64,000 bases of DNA, taken from positions 115,258,001-115,322,000 of the forward strand of contig NC_043000.1 of NCBI RefSeq assembly GCF_006345805.1, given 5' to 3'. Below are positions 1 through 14,067 of the stretch, one piece after another (position 1 is the first letter of the stretch; every line of letters starts with the position of its first letter). A model generated the notes under the pieces. It was not told the DNA's origin, made no database searches, and saw nothing but the letters and a program-made list of their open reading frames with translations. The DNA comes from Octopus sinensis. Its lineage: Eukaryota. Made by a program: the position numbers and the translations under genes.

Positions 1-489
1 GGCTGGACTCAGAACGTAGTGGCAGGCGAAATACCGCTAAGCATTTCGCCTGGCGCGCTAACTTTGCTGCCAGCCTGTCGCCTATTTATAGCTATATTTG
101 CTAGGAGATTCAGTTCCTCAGATTAATCTTTTGTTTTGCTTATTTTATTGATATTTTTCATTTTTCATTTTTTGAAAAGTGGGGAAGATACGAGTTTATA
201 TATTTTTGAAGGAAAAATAAAACAAATCAATAACAATAAAGTATAAAATACATGAAAGATATGGAATATGTGTATATATTCTTTTATTTGTTTCAGTCAT
301 TTGACTGCGGCCATGCTGGAGCACTGCCTTTAGTCAAACAAATTGACCCCAGGTCTTATTCTTTGTAAGCCTAGTACTTATTCTATCGGTGTCTTTTGCT
401 GAACTGCTAAGTTACAGGGATGTAAACACACCAACATTGATTGTCAAGTGATGGTGGGGGGACAAACACAGACACACATATATATATAC

Positions 490-522
<33 letters not shown>

Positions 523-2419
523 ACAAGCTTCTTTCAGTTTCCATCCACCAAATCCATTCACATGGTCCTGGTCAGCCCGAGGCTATAGTAGAAGACACTT
601 GCCCAAGTTGGAACTGAACCCAGAACCATGTGACTTTAAAACTTCCATTGACATATCTAAACAATGAGCAAGACACCATATTTCCAATTCCACTCAAAGC
701 ACGAACCACTCCTTTGTGGGAGAAACTCTAAATCTATACTTCCCAACCTGGTGGGGCCTGCAAACACCTGGCTGTCCATGAACCAAGTCCAAAATTTTAA
801 AATACAACAGTACAAAATGTATAATTACTCAGTTAATTATTCAGTTGGGTATATCTTTCAATTAAGAGATGAAACTGGGAAAACGAGTTTTCAAGTAAAA
901 TAATTACTGAGTAGACAGACCTTTCAATAACCAGGTGTCCGTTTGAAAATTAGTTTAGTCAAAAAGGGGGTTTTGGTAGTGCAAAAGAAGGGAGCCACTG
1001 TTCTAAGTAGTCACACTGCCTGCTAGAAATAGCAGCCAAACCTCCCTCAGATCATGCAGACATCTGTAAAACAGAAGGTGGCAAGCTGGCAGATACGTTA
1101 GCATGCCAGGCGAAGTGCTTAGCAGTATTTCGTCTGCCGTTACATTCTGAGTTCAAATTCCATCGAGGTCGACTTTGCTTTTCATCCTTTCAGGGTCGAT
1201 TAAATAAGTACCAGTTACGCACTGGGGTCGATATAATCGACAATCCGTTTGTCTGTCCTTGTTTGTCCTCTCTGTGTTTAGTAAAGAAATAGGATACTTC
1301 TATCATAAAGTCCTAGATACATTTATCATCACCCTCATCATTTAACGCCCGTATCCCACGCTAGTATGGGTTGGATAAGTTGACAGGATCTGACAGGTTA
1401 GATGACTGTGTCAAACTCCAACAGCTGTTTTGGCAGGATTTCTACAGTGAGATGCCCTTTCTAATGTCAACCAATTTACAGTGTACTGGGTGCTTCTCCA
1501 TGTCACAGGAACTAATGACATCAGAGCCCGAGCCAGTTTCTGTCGGGTTGGTAATGAAAGGGTTAAAGTACAATAGAGGGATAGGAACAGGTGTCTTGCT
1601 GTAAAGAAAGTACATGGCTGCCCCAACTGGCAAAGGAGAGAAGATGGTGGTGATGAAGTGTCGGGATATCTCCTACAACAAAGAGGTTGAATGTAAAGGG
1701 GGCGGGGACAGAGAACCAGGAAAAGACAGGGTAATCCTAACTGAAATTCCTTTGAACATAAGTCTGCTCAAGCAAGACTGACCTTGACATTAAACACTAT
1801 CAATAATCTACTGGTTGAAATTAACTCTACCCTACTTCATCGCCATTTAACCTCAGGTCAATCCTGATCAAGCAGACCTTTCATGAAAAGGTATTCAAGT
1901 CATGACTATCCTTTTTTTTATTTTTTTTATACAATGTATTTTTCAGATTACTGATCAGAAAAATACATTGCATAAAAAAAAAAATTCAGATTACATCGTT
2001 ACCAGCATCGATTGTTACCAGCATCGCCTTACTGGCACCTGTGCCGGTGGCAGGGGTAAAGGATTTGAGCGAGGTCGTTGCCAGCACTGCCTGACTGGCA
2101 CCTGTGCTAGTGGCATGTAAAAGCACCCACTACACTCTCGGAGTGGTTGGCATTAGGAAGGGCATCCAGCAGTAGAAACTCTGCCAGATCAAGATTGAGG
2201 CCTGGTGTAGCCATCTGGTTCGCCAGCCCTCAGTCAATCGTCCAACCCATGCTACCATGGAAAGTACATACACGTTAAACGATGATGTATTTTTCAGATT
2301 ACATTTACCATTTAACCAATGTGTTCTCATCCACTTAAAATTTTTTTTTTTTTTTGGTCCCAAAACAAATCTTGAGGCCAGTGTAGCAGAAGGGACCACA
2401 AAGATGGAAAATGGACCTA

Positions 2420-2715
2420 TAAATTCAAAAGATGTTGATTGACAGGAAGCTTAAAAAGACTATCATAGGCCAAAGGGAAACAAGACAATGATAGTGGGTT
2501 CCTGAAAGAAACAGTCCAAGAAAAGTTATTGGAATAAAAAGACTGCTGACTAACAGGAAGCTCAACAAAGAAACGATGCGCCTGGGAAGAAAAGCGGGTG
2601 ACAGGTTTGATGGTGTTCACAGATGGTACTAGACCAGAAAGTTCATCGGAGCAATAACCATGGAAATACTTGTAGAAAAGACACAACAAAGATACATTTT
2701 GGCAATTGTTGTAAG
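2420..2715 (-). mobile_element. Decayed 3' end of a different CR1/Jockey-group LINE
   Basis: LFYKYFHGYCSDEL...TRFSSQAHRF...CFPLAYD resembles the ORF2 C-terminus of CR1-group LINEs. Confidence 0.65.
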
Positions 2716-2831
2716 GTTTAATATTTTTAGATTTTGGTTGCTATTTCTAGCAAGTCAAACAACCATGTAGAACACAGCCGAGAACTTCTCACACACATTT
2801 AAGTTTGAAATCACCCACTAACAAACTCTGT

Positions 2832-3537
2832 CATCATCATCGTTTAACGTCCGCTTTCCATGCTAGCACGGGTTGGACAATTGACTGAGGGCTAGCGAAC
2901 CAGATGGCTACACCAGGCTTCAATCTTGATCTAGCAGAGTTTCTACAGCTGGATGCCCTTCTTAACGCCAACTCCGAGAGTGTAGTGGGTGCTTTTATGT
3001 GCCACCAGAACAGGGGCCAGTCAGGCGTTACTGACAACGACCTCGCTCGAATCTTTTTACACATGCCAATGGCACAGGTGCCAGTAAGGCGAAACTAGTA
3101 ACGATCCCACTCGAATGGTACCTCCTACATGTCACCGGCACGGAAGCCAGTTAGCCGCTCTGGCAACGATCACGCTCGGATGGTGCTCTTAGCACCCTAC
3201 TAGCATGGGGCACATGTGCCAGTAAGGTGAAGCTGGCAACGATCACACTTGAATGGTGCATTTTATGTGCCACTGGTACGGCCACGCTCAAATGGTGCTT
3301 TTTACATGCCACCGGCACAGGGCCAGTTAGACGGTACTGGCAACGACCTCGCTCAAATCTTTTACACTTGCCAGCAGCAAAGGTGCCAGTAAGGCGATGC
3401 TGATAACGACCATGCTCGAATGCAGTCTTTTACGTGCCACCGGCACGGAGGCCAGATAGCCGCTCTGGCAACGACCGCACTCGGATGGTGCCCTTAACAC
3501 CCAACTAGCATGGGGCTCGAGTGCCAGTAAGGCGATG
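2832..3537 (-). repeat. RTE 3'-UTR-derived repeat with expanded ~55-bp subunits (other copies at 2025-2285, 7050-7275, 13352, 33310-33940, 36958, 45577, 47966, 58700-59000, 61755-62190)
   Basis: (CAT)n-cgtttaacgtccgc...gatgcccttcctaacgccaacc... followed by a variable number of ggtgctttttacgtgccaccggcac units. Confidence 0.8.
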
Positions 3538-5025
3538 TGATTGCTTATTTTTAGAGTGACATTGTAGGAGAGGTGTGAGAGGCTGGATCTGGCCAACATA
3601 ATATGGGTAGAATGCTTGGGCCAGATATAGCTGGTTAAAATGCTAAAGGGTTAGGACCCATATCCATAAATTTGTGAACGAAAGCCATAATTTTTCTCAG
3701 CCCAGGTGTACTTACACAGCTTAGTATTAAAATGGTTCCCATACCTCTGACACAGAAGTTTGCTTATTTCTACCCTCATGGGTATCATGGAGAATGTGAT
3801 ACCATCAATAAATACCTATCGTTACTCAGGTAAGAGAAACATACAAAATAATAAACTTAATAATGAAGGTTAATGGCAAAAACTTTACAAGAATTACATA
3901 ACATAACAAGAGCACTCAGAGACTGCAAACCTCCACTAAGGCAACACCAACGTCCTTTCAACGATGATTTTAAAAATGAAAGTATCTCATATAGGAGCAG
4001 GGGTGGCTGTGTGGTACGTAGCTTGCTTACCAACCACATGGTTCCGGGTTCAGTCCCACTGCGTGGCATCTTGGGCAAGTGTCTTCTACTATAGCCTCGG
4101 GCCAACCAAAGTCTTGTGAGTGGGTCTGGTAGACGGAAACTGAAAGAAGCCCGTCGTATATATTTATTTATATATATATATATATGGTTGTGTGTGTGTG
4201 TGTGTGTGTGTGTATGTTTGTGTTGTGTGTTTGTCCCCCTAGCATTGCTTGACAACCAATACTGGTGTGTTTATGTCCCTATCACTTAGTGGTGCGGCAA
4301 AAGAGACTGATAGAATAAATACTTGGCTTACAAAGAATAAGCCCCCGGGGTCGATTTGCTCGACTAAAGGTGGTGCTCCAGCATGGCCAAAGTCAAATGA
4401 CTGAAACAAGTAAAAGAGTAATGAGTATAATACTTCATGTAAAGTAAATATAACAATCTTCTACCCCTGCTTGGCAGCTGGTATTGGTGTGTTTACGTCC
4501 ATGTAACCTATTTCTTTACTACTCACAAGGGGCTAAACACAGAGAGGACAAACAAGGACAGACAAATGGTTTAAGTCGATTATATCGACCCCAGTGTGTA
4601 ACTGGTACTTTATTTATTGACCCCAAAAGGATGAAAGGTAAAGTCGACCTTGGCGGAATTTGAACTCAGAACGTAACAGCAGACGAAATATGGCTACGCA
4701 TTTCGCCCGGCCTGCTAACATTTCTACCAGCTCGCCGCCTTACATCCATGTAACCTAGTGGTTCAGCAAATGATACTGATACAATAAGCACCAAGCTTTA
4801 AAAAGCATAAAATAAGTCCTGAGTCAATGTGTTCAACTAAAGTTCTTCAAGGCAGTGCCCCAGCATGGTTGCAGTCTAATGACCGAAATAAGTAACACAA
4901 TGTCCGGTGCCTAATTTACTCTCGAGCTGAATGCTTCAGTTGAATACAGTTCTATATTTAAGAGATGAGGAATTATGTACATTATTTACATTCAACGGAT
5001 ATTTGTCCTCATCTTGTTTGTTGTT

Positions 5026-5071
5026 AACACAACATTTCAGCTTATATACCCTCCAGCCGCCTTCAGGTGTC
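5026..5071 (-). ncRNA. Hammerhead motif, degenerate copy of the same family
   Basis: gacac-ctgaagg-cggct...agct-gaaat-gtt-gtgtt, within the repeat at 4945-5120. Confidence 0.4.
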
Positions 5072-6931
5072 TTGGGGAAATTTCGAACCTGGTTTCTCAT
5101 TCCTAAGGTATTTTTCGATGCTATTATTATTATTATTATTATTATAAGGCAGCGAGCTGGCAGAATCGTTAGCACGCTGGGTGAAATGTTTAACGATATT
5201 TCGCCCATTGCTACGTACTGGGTTCAAATTCTGCGGAGGTTGAATTTGCCTTTCATCCTTCCGAGGTCGATAAATTAAGTACCAGTTGAGCACTGGATCG
5301 ATGTAATCAACTACCCCAAATTTCAGGCCTTGTGCCTATAGTAGAAAGGATTATCATTAAGTGTACACACACCTTCTCCAGTATCTGTTTACTAAATGCA
5401 CTCAAGGAATTGATTAGTCAAACCAGGGCTATAACAGAGGGCATTTACACCAAGTGCAGGGACTGAACCCAAAACCTCATGGTTGTGAAGCAAACTTCTA
5501 TATCACACAGCCACGCTTATCAGAAAACACAGGCACACCCTCTCACACTCATCCAACCTATTTTATTTGTAAGATATATAATCTTGTATACATCTTAAGA
5601 ATGTTCTACCTCAACCCCAAAATACATCTTTCAGATATAATTCTTCTCACATTACAAGTAGAATCATTTTTCTACATGCAAATGTTAAGTCACGAGAAAT
5701 CCCCTGTAATTAAATGGTACAATGCACTTTTTCCCTTGAAATTTATTTTACTAGACAAAAGTCTTTCATATATCTATTTTATTAAAACAAAGGCTCTCAG
5801 CAAAGTCTATCATCTCAATACAGTGTTCATAAATGCTGGAATGAAATTTGCTTGGGGGGTGCAAACCCAGGTCTCTTTCCCTATCACCCCCACCCTGCCA
5901 AAGAAGGTCAACTTTTTCAATCTTCATATTACAACAAAGATAGGTGTAATAATAATAATAATTAACGATTTTGTACATCAATCAAATCAGATAAATCTAA
6001 TAATCTTTTCTACTCTAGGTGCAAGGCCTGAAATTGGGGGGGGGGGCAATCGATTAGATCAACCACAGTATGCAGCTGGTACATAATTTATCGACCCTGA
6101 AAGGATGAAAGGCAAAGTCAACCTCGGTGGAATTTGAACCCAGATCGTTAAGACAGATGAAATACCTATTTCTTTACTACCCACAAGTGGCTAAACATAG
6201 AGGGGACAAACAAGGACAGACAAAGGTATTAAGTCAATTACATTGACCCCAGTGCGTAAGTAGTACTTAATTTATCGACCCCGAAAGGATGAAAGGCAAA
6301 GTCAACCTCGGTGGAATTTGAACTCACAAAGTAACGGCAGATGAAATACCGCAAAGCATTTCGCCCGGCATGCTAACGTTTCTGCCAGCTCACCGCCTTA
6401 AATATACTTTTCTACTCTAGGCACAAGGCCCAAAATTTTGGGGAAGTGAGGAAGCCAGCTGATTAGATTGACACTAGTATGAAGCTGGTACTTAATTTAT
6501 CGACCCTAAAAGGATGACAGGCAAAGTCGACCACGGCAGAATTTGAACTCAGAACATGAAGACAGATAAACCCAATAACGGAAAAGCAAGGTTTCAAATC
6601 AGTCCAAAAGTGTTCTAACACTTGTTCATTCTGGTGATTGGGTTTTTCAAGAGGACACTCAAAGCATTCTTATTGCTCCTAAAATATTTTAGGGGGTACC
6701 CCTGCACCCTGCTGCATTCGGTTCCCAAGCCAATGACAGTGTTTAGTTAACCCAAGATAACACTTAGAGAACATCTAGATTATTAGAAACTATTTTATCC
6801 TAAAAGCCTTGAAAATCAGTTCCAATTCAGTAAGCAAACTTCACAAAATGTAGCAAGTTCACAGAGAAGTCTATTTTATGAATGTTCACAAAACATTTCC
6901 TTTTGTGAACTTTATCAAACTAATTTTAGAG

Positions 6932-7980
6932 AAGTGGTTCTTAACTGAGGTCCACATGACCCTTAGCGGTCCATAAGATTCTACTTGTTAAAAATTATAT
7001 GCAATAAATTGATTATATTTCAACAATACACAATGTTTTAATTGTTTTAATATCATCATCACCGGGTCTGGCAGCCCATGAAGGCTGCACCAGGCTCCAG
7101 TCTGATTTGGCAGTGTTTCTACAGCTAGATGCCCTTCCTAACGCCAACCACTCAGTGAATGTAGTGGGTGTTTTTTACGTGCCACTGGCACAGGGGCCAG
7201 AGCAGGCTGGCAAACAGCCATGATCGGTTGGTGCTTTTACATGTCACCGTCACAGACGCCAGTCAGGCGGGGCTGTCCTAATCATATTTAATTATAAAAA
7301 TATAGAGTTTAATAACTTGTAGGAACACCACATTTCATTAAGCAACCACAATATACTATAAAGTGTATTAAATGGGTCTTTTTTAGAAATCAATACTGTG
7401 TTATATAGCAAATCTGTAGAGACAACCTTAACAAGTTATAAAAATAGGACTTTTTAACCCTTTCGATACCAACCCGGCTGAAATGAGTATAAATGTCTCA
7501 TTTTCATAAGTTTTGAATTAAAATCTTCCACCAAACCTTAGTCACAATTTATGCTCCTAACACCAGCTTAATGATAACTAAGTTATTTTACTAAATTCTT
7601 TATATTTAAAATTAATTGAAAGAAACACAGAACATCTCAACAGAAATATGGTAGTAAAAAGGTCAAGGCATTAACCCTTTCGATACCAACCCAGCTGAAA
7701 CCACTTCTGGCTCTATAGTACAAATGTATTGTTTTCATAAGTTTTGAATTAAAATCTTCCACCAAACCTTAGTCACAATTTATGTTCCTAACACTCGCTG
7801 AATGATAACGAAGTTATTTTACTAAATTCTTTGTTAGATTTAAAATTAATTGAAAGAAGTACAGAGCATCTCAACAGAAATACAGTAATGAAAGGGTTAA
7901 ACATCAGAGGCTAAGAGGGTCCACCTGAGTAAAACAGGAATTAAAGGGATCCATGGGTACAAAATGATTGAGAACCGCTG
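6932..7980. mobile_element. Decayed hAT-type MITE hosting RTE-UTR and piggyBac-type insertions
   Basis: agtggttcttaac ... attgagaaccgctg termini; TSD only partly conserved. Confidence 0.5.
7675..7896. mobile_element. piggyBac-type MITE (a tandem, degenerate copy lies at ~7458-7665)
   Basis: TTAA-CCCTTT ... AAAGGG-TTAA. Confidence 0.8.
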
Positions 7981-8027
7981 CTCAAGAGCATAGATGTGAC
8001 TGTGTGGTAAGAAATTTGCTTTTTAAC

Positions 8028-8418
8028 CAGGGCTGAGGAGTCGGAATCGGAAACAATTAAGGGGTAGCTGGAATCGGTAAAACTATACTGACCGATTCCG
8101 ACTCACAATATCTTTATTCTTGAATATAAACCAGTTATAACATATAGGTTGACTCAAAGTACAAGCATATGCATATGCTTTATGAGATATGTAGACCACA
8201 ATCAGTTAATTACGTAAAGAGGAGTCAGAGTCGGAATCGGAGGTGCCAATAGTACAAGAGTCAGATTCAGAGGTGCCAATAGTACAAGAGTCAGAATCAG
8301 AGGTGCCAATAGTACAGGAGTCAGAATCAGAGGTGCCAATAGTACGGGAGTCAGAATCAGAGGTGCCAATAGTACAGGAGTCAGAGTCAAAATTTTTTGT
8401 TTTGACCCCACAACCCTA
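8028..8418. mobile_element. hAT-type MITE with internal 30-bp minisatellite, inserted in a SINE
   Basis: perfect 8-bp TSD TTTTTAAC (8020-8027, 8419-8426); imperfect TIR CAGGGCTGAGGAGTC / gaccccacaacccta. Confidence 0.8.
8221..8390. repeat. 30-bp minisatellite
   Basis: ggagtcagaatcagaggtgccaatagtaca, about 5 copies. Confidence 0.95.
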
Positions 8419-9624
8419 TTTTTAACCACTTAGTTCCGAGTTCAGTCCTACAGCATGGCACCCTGGGCAAGTGCTTTCTACAACTGCCTCAAGCTGACTA
8501 AAGCCCTGTGTGTCACTTAGGTAGATAGAAACTGAAAGAAGCCCATTGTGTATGTATGTACATTTACATGTGTGATGTGTGTGTATTACTATCTCTCTGT
8601 TTTGACTGTGAGATGAGTGTCCCCATCATGCAAGCAGCAGCATTTGTTTTCAGTCTATAGAAGCATGTCTGATCATGGGAAATTATTATCTTACATGGAA
8701 ACAGATGAGGGATTGTAACAGGAAGAGAATCTGACCATAAGCAAGTCTACCTCAACAAATTCTCTCCAACCCATGCAAGCATGGAAAAGTAGGCTTTAAA
8801 ACAAGGATAATGATTTGGGGCTGACACAGACCAAGAGTTTTCTCAAACAGCCGTTTCTCCCAAATCAGATAAGTTTATCACAGTTTGGTGGAGGTGGGGG
8901 CAAGAATTCTCTAACTCCCATCACAATTCAGATTTTATCTGAATTTCTGAGATGAAGAAACTATCGTTATTATACTCCGATAATACAAGAGGCACCTTAA
9001 GAATACCAGAGGTATGATAGCACACAATGTGACTGTATCCTGCTATGATGAGAAAACTAGTTCAAATATTTAAGGGTATAACGGTCATATCAATCACATC
9101 ATTAACTTTTTTCATTTAACCCTTTCGCATTTAAACCGGCCATATTCCAGCCCAAATATTCTGGTTTCTCACACCTACCCTACAATGTCATTTTGGGGAT
9201 AAACAATCACATATTCAAAATCTCAAATTTCCAAGATAATGCAGGATTAATTTAAAACATTGTGAATATTTTTTTTTATTGCTCACGGGGGGCGGGGCTA
9301 AACATAGTGGGGCAAACAAAGACAAAGGGATTAAGTCGATTACATCGACCCCAACGCGTAACGGGTACTTATTTAATTGACCCTGAAAGGATGAAAAGCG
9401 AAGTCGACCTCGGCAGAATTTGAACTCAGAAAGTAATCGCAGACGAAATACCGCCAGGCAGTTCGCCCGGCATGCTAACGATTCTGCCAGCTTGCCTACC
9501 AACCACATGGTTCTGGGTTCAGTCCCACTGCATGGCACCTTGGGCAAGTGACTTCTACTATAGTCTCGGGCTGACCAAAGCTTCAAAAGAGGATCTGGTA
9601 GACAGAAACTGAAAGAAGCCCATC

Positions 9625-9672
<48 letters not shown>

Positions 9673-11704
9673 TTGTTCCCCCACCACTGCTTGACAACCA
9701 ATGCTGGTGTGTTTATGTTCCCGTAACTTAGCAGTTCGGCAAAAAGAAACTGACAGAATAAGTACTAGGTTTACCAAAAAATAAGTCCTGGGGTCAAGTT
9801 GTTCGACTAAAGGCAGTGTTCCAGCATGGCCGCAGTCAAATGATTGAAACAAATAAAAGAATGAAAGAAAATATGCATTCTAGTTGATAGAGTAACCTGA
9901 ATGGTAATGGATCAATGAGTGAATTTGTCAGAAGGACAGTGCTTAGGGGCTTAGCAGACCTCCCCAAAATTAGTGAAATTAATGCAGTTCTTTTGATTTT
10001 GAACAAGTTAATGGCTGCAGGAAGTGCATGGGGCAGTATAACAAGTTGGGCTGCTACGAAATGGACCCTTAGTTTGAAGTTATACTTGTGGCAGTAGTGG
10101 ATTATGTTAGAAGTCATGGTCTTCTTGAAACTGATGGTTTGAAGATGTAGATAACAAGGCTAACCCAATAATATTTATTTATTTATTGTCCACAGGGGCT
10201 AAACACAGAGGGGACAAACAAGGACAGACAAACGGGGTGAAGTTGATTACATCGACCCCAGTGTGTAACTGGTACTTAATTTATCGACCCCCAAAAGGAT
10301 AAAGGTAAAGTGAACCCCGGCGGAATTTGAACATAGAGCATAATGGCAGACGAAATACCTATTTCTTTTACTAACCACAAGGGGCTAAACACAGAGAGGA
10401 CAAACAAGGACAAACGGATTAAGTCAATTATATTGACCCCAGTGTGTAACTGGTACTTATTTAATCGACCCTGGAAGATGAAAGGCAAATTCAACCCCAC
10501 CGGAATTTGAACACAGAATAACAGCAGACGAAATACTGCTAAACATTTTGCCCAGCATGCTAACAATTCTTTTCTACAAGAAACACACAGCCCAAAATTT
10601 TGGCTGGAGGTGGGGGGGGGGGTCAATCAATTAGATCGACTCCAGTATGCAACTGGTACTTAATTTACCGATCTCGAAAGGATGAAAGGCAAAGTCAACC
10701 ACGGCAGAATTTGGACTCGGAACATAACAGCAGACGGAATATCACTAAGCATTTCACCCGCCAGCTAACGATTCTGCCAGCACACCACCCTATTTACCCA
10801 ATAATATTAAAAACCTTCTGTTCCATGCAAGTTGCTAGAATAGTTAGCATGTGGGGAAAACTGCTTAGCAGCATTTTGCCCATCTATGGTACTAAAGTTT
10901 GCCCAAGGTGCCGTGCAGTGGGACTGAACCTAGAACCATGTGATTGGGAAGCAAATTTCTTAGTAAATACTCTCTTTTACTCATTTACTTGTTTCAGTCA
11001 TTTGACTGCGGCCATGCTGGAGCACCGCCTTTAGTCGAGCAAATCAACCACAGGACTTATTCTTTGTAAGCGTAGTACTTATTCTATCGGTCTCTTTTGC
11101 CAAACCGCTAATTACGGGGACGTAAACACACCACCATCAGTTGTCAAGTGATGTTGGGAGAACAAACACGGACACTCAAACACACACACACACATACGAT
11201 GGGCTTCTTTCAATTTCTGTCTATCAAATCCACTCACAAATCTTTGGTCGGCCCGAGGCTATAGTAGAAGACACTTGACCAAGGTGCTATGCAGTGGGAC
11301 TGAACCCGGAATCATCTGGTTGGTAAGCAAGCTACTTACCACACAGCCACTCCTGCGCCTGTTGCAATTTTTCTTTTTCTTTCAGAATTCTTAGAGGTAT
11401 GTAGCGACCACCTCATTCAAATGGATATCACCACATTTAACATAGCTCTCGGTCTACTGAGGTGGGCATGGATGTCACATGGTATAACAAATGTCAGTGT
11501 CCTTTTTGTTTAACTCACAACAGAAACAATTTAGGAGGCTGTCAAGTTTATCGAGATGATTATCTGCGTCTTGGGTGTAAGGTGGATGAATTTAAAAACT
11601 AATTGTATTGAATAACTTGAAAGAAGCATGTACTATCTACATACATATATATATATATAGATATATACATACACATTGTGTATATGCATACACACATCCT
11701 CAAA

Positions 11705-12010
11705 CACGAGTGTATATACATACGTACGCGCACACGAGTGTATACATACGTACGCGCACACACGTGTATACATACGTACGCGCACACGAGTGTATACATA
11801 CGTACGCGCACACGAGTGTATACATACGTACGCGCACACGAGTGTATACATACGTACGCGCACACACGTGTATACATACGTACGCGCACACACGTGTATA
11901 CATACGTACGCACACACACGTGTATACATACGTACGCACACACACGTGTATACATACGTACGCACACACACGTGTATACATACGTACGCACACACATGTA
12001 TACATACATA
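11705..12010. repeat. 26/28-bp purine-pyrimidine minisatellite
   Basis: gtgtatacatacgtacgcgcacacga and variants, about 11 copies. Confidence 0.95.
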
Positions 12011-13324
12011 CATACACACGGAGTGTATATACGTATGTACACATATGCAGTTTTTATACGTACACACACTGTATATACATACACTTGTATGTATGTATGT
12101 ATATATATATATATATATATATAATCCACATCATTATGTAAAGCCTGCTTTCCATGCTTGCATGATGTGCGTGTGTAAACACACACACGTCTTCTGACAT
12201 GGCACTGGACAGCATGAGGCCACAGTAGGAGACACTTTCTCATGAAGTCGTTGTGCCATGCAATAGAACCAAACTCAAAACCTTGTGGTTGTGAAGCAGA
12301 TCTTTGCAAACCCACACAGCTATGCCTGCACCTCCTCATTGGACTGATATTTTGTTTCTGTTTTTAATAGTTAGAATGATTTCTTTTGATAACGGATACC
12401 TATGTATTCCATTTCAAAAGGTGTTCTTCATCACTGACATTTAGTGTAGAAAATATTAGACGTTTACCACTTTTATCTTATAAAATTAGGGGTCATTTTT
12501 AGGAAAGGTCAAAGTTCATTATTTGTTGTAATGATTGAACTTTGGAAATTTATCTTCTTTCCTATTTTGTTTCAGTCATCGGACTGCAGTGATGCTGGGG
12601 CCCCACATTGTCGGGTTAGTTAAACAAATCAACCCCAGTACTGTTTTTTTTTTTGCAACTTTAGTACTTTATTACCAAATTGCTAAGTTACAGGGACGTA
12701 AACAAACCAATACCAGCAATCAAGCAGTGGAAGAGGACAAACACACACATGTACTCTTTTACTTGTTTCAGTCATTTGACTGTGGCCATGCTGGTGCACT
12801 GCCTTTAGTCGAGCAAATCGATTCCAGGACTTATTCTTTGTAAGCCTAGTACTTATTCTATCGGTCTCTTTTGCCGAACCGCTAAGTTACTTGGACGTAA
12901 ACACACCAGCATCAGTTGTCAAGCGATGTTGGGAGGGACAAACACACACACAAACATACATACGATGGGCTTCTTTCGGTTTGCATCTACCAAAACCACT
13001 CACAAGTCTTTGGTTGGCCCAAGGTTATAGTAGAAGACACTTGCCAAGGTACCACGCAGTGGGACTGAACACAGAACCATGTGGTTGGTAAGCAAGCTAC
13101 TTACCACACAACCACTCCTACGCCTAAAAATGAAATGTAAAATTACCCTTGGCAGGATTTGAGCCTATAGTGCAGGAGCCGGATCGATGTTGCGAAGCAG
13201 TTTACCCAACGATCTAACCACCCGGCTATGTATATATTTATTCGCAAGACATGCGCTTCCATACAGTTTCTGCTTACAAAATTCACTCACAAGGCCTTTG
13301 TTGGCCCAGAGCTATAGTAGAAGA

Positions 13325-14067
13325 TAGAGGATTACAACTAAACACAAATATCATCATCATCGTTTAATATCCGCTTTTCATGCTAACATAGGTTGGACGA
13401 TTTCACTGAGCTCTGGCGAACCAGATGGCTGCACCAGATTCCAATATTGATCTGGCAGAGTTTCTACAGCTGGATGCCCTTCCTAACGCCAACCACTCCG
13501 AGAGTGTAGTGGGTGCTTTTATGTGCCACCGGCACAAGGGCCAGTCAGGCGGTACTGGCAACGACCACGCCCAAATGGTGCTTTTTATGTGCCACCTGCA
13601 CATTATTTATTACATTCAATTCAACATACATTATACATCATCTTCTCCTTCACATTTCAGGTATACTGAAGACTTATTTGTCACTGCTTCAGCAAAGGTC
13701 TTCAGTATACTTGAAATGTGAAAGAAAAGAGGATGGATAATGAAATGAATAATGTATGGCGAATTGAATGTAATGTAATAAATGGTAATATGTGTGTGTC
13801 TTTGGCAGCGAGCTGGCAGAATTGTTAGCACGCCGAATGAAATGCTTAGCGGTATTTCGTCTGCCGTTACATTCTGAGTTCAAATTCCGCCGAGGTCGAC
13901 TTTGCCTTTCATCCTTTCGGGGTCGATAAATTAAGTACCAGTTACGCACTGGGGTCGATGTAATCGACTTAATCCATTTGTCTGTCCTTGTTTGTTCACT
14001 CTGTGTTTAGCCCCTTGTGGGCAGTAAAGAAATAGGTAACATGTGTTTGTCTAGTTGTAATCCTCTA
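13325..14067. mobile_element. Fold-back MITE (TAGAGGATTACAACTA termini), each arm interrupted by a younger retroposon
   Basis: terminal inverted match; inner arms 13603-13672 and 13697-13782; flanked by the two halves of one SINE. Confidence 0.7.

Noticed and set aside
5454-6086. 210-aa ORF
   Set aside because: GTG start, both ends in SINE sequence, no recognisable motif
8221-8390. 30-bp direct repeats as a possible CRISPR array or coding repeat
   Set aside because: No unique spacers, eukaryotic context, and the array lies inside a TSD-flanked MITE
9836-10117. 93-aa minus-strand ORF in non-SINE sequence as an exon of the second gene
   Set aside because: No clear splice pair or recognisable domain; may be decayed mobile DNA
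11599-12339. Six overlapping long ORFs
   Set aside because: They arise from a stop-free RY minisatellite; no domain or splice context
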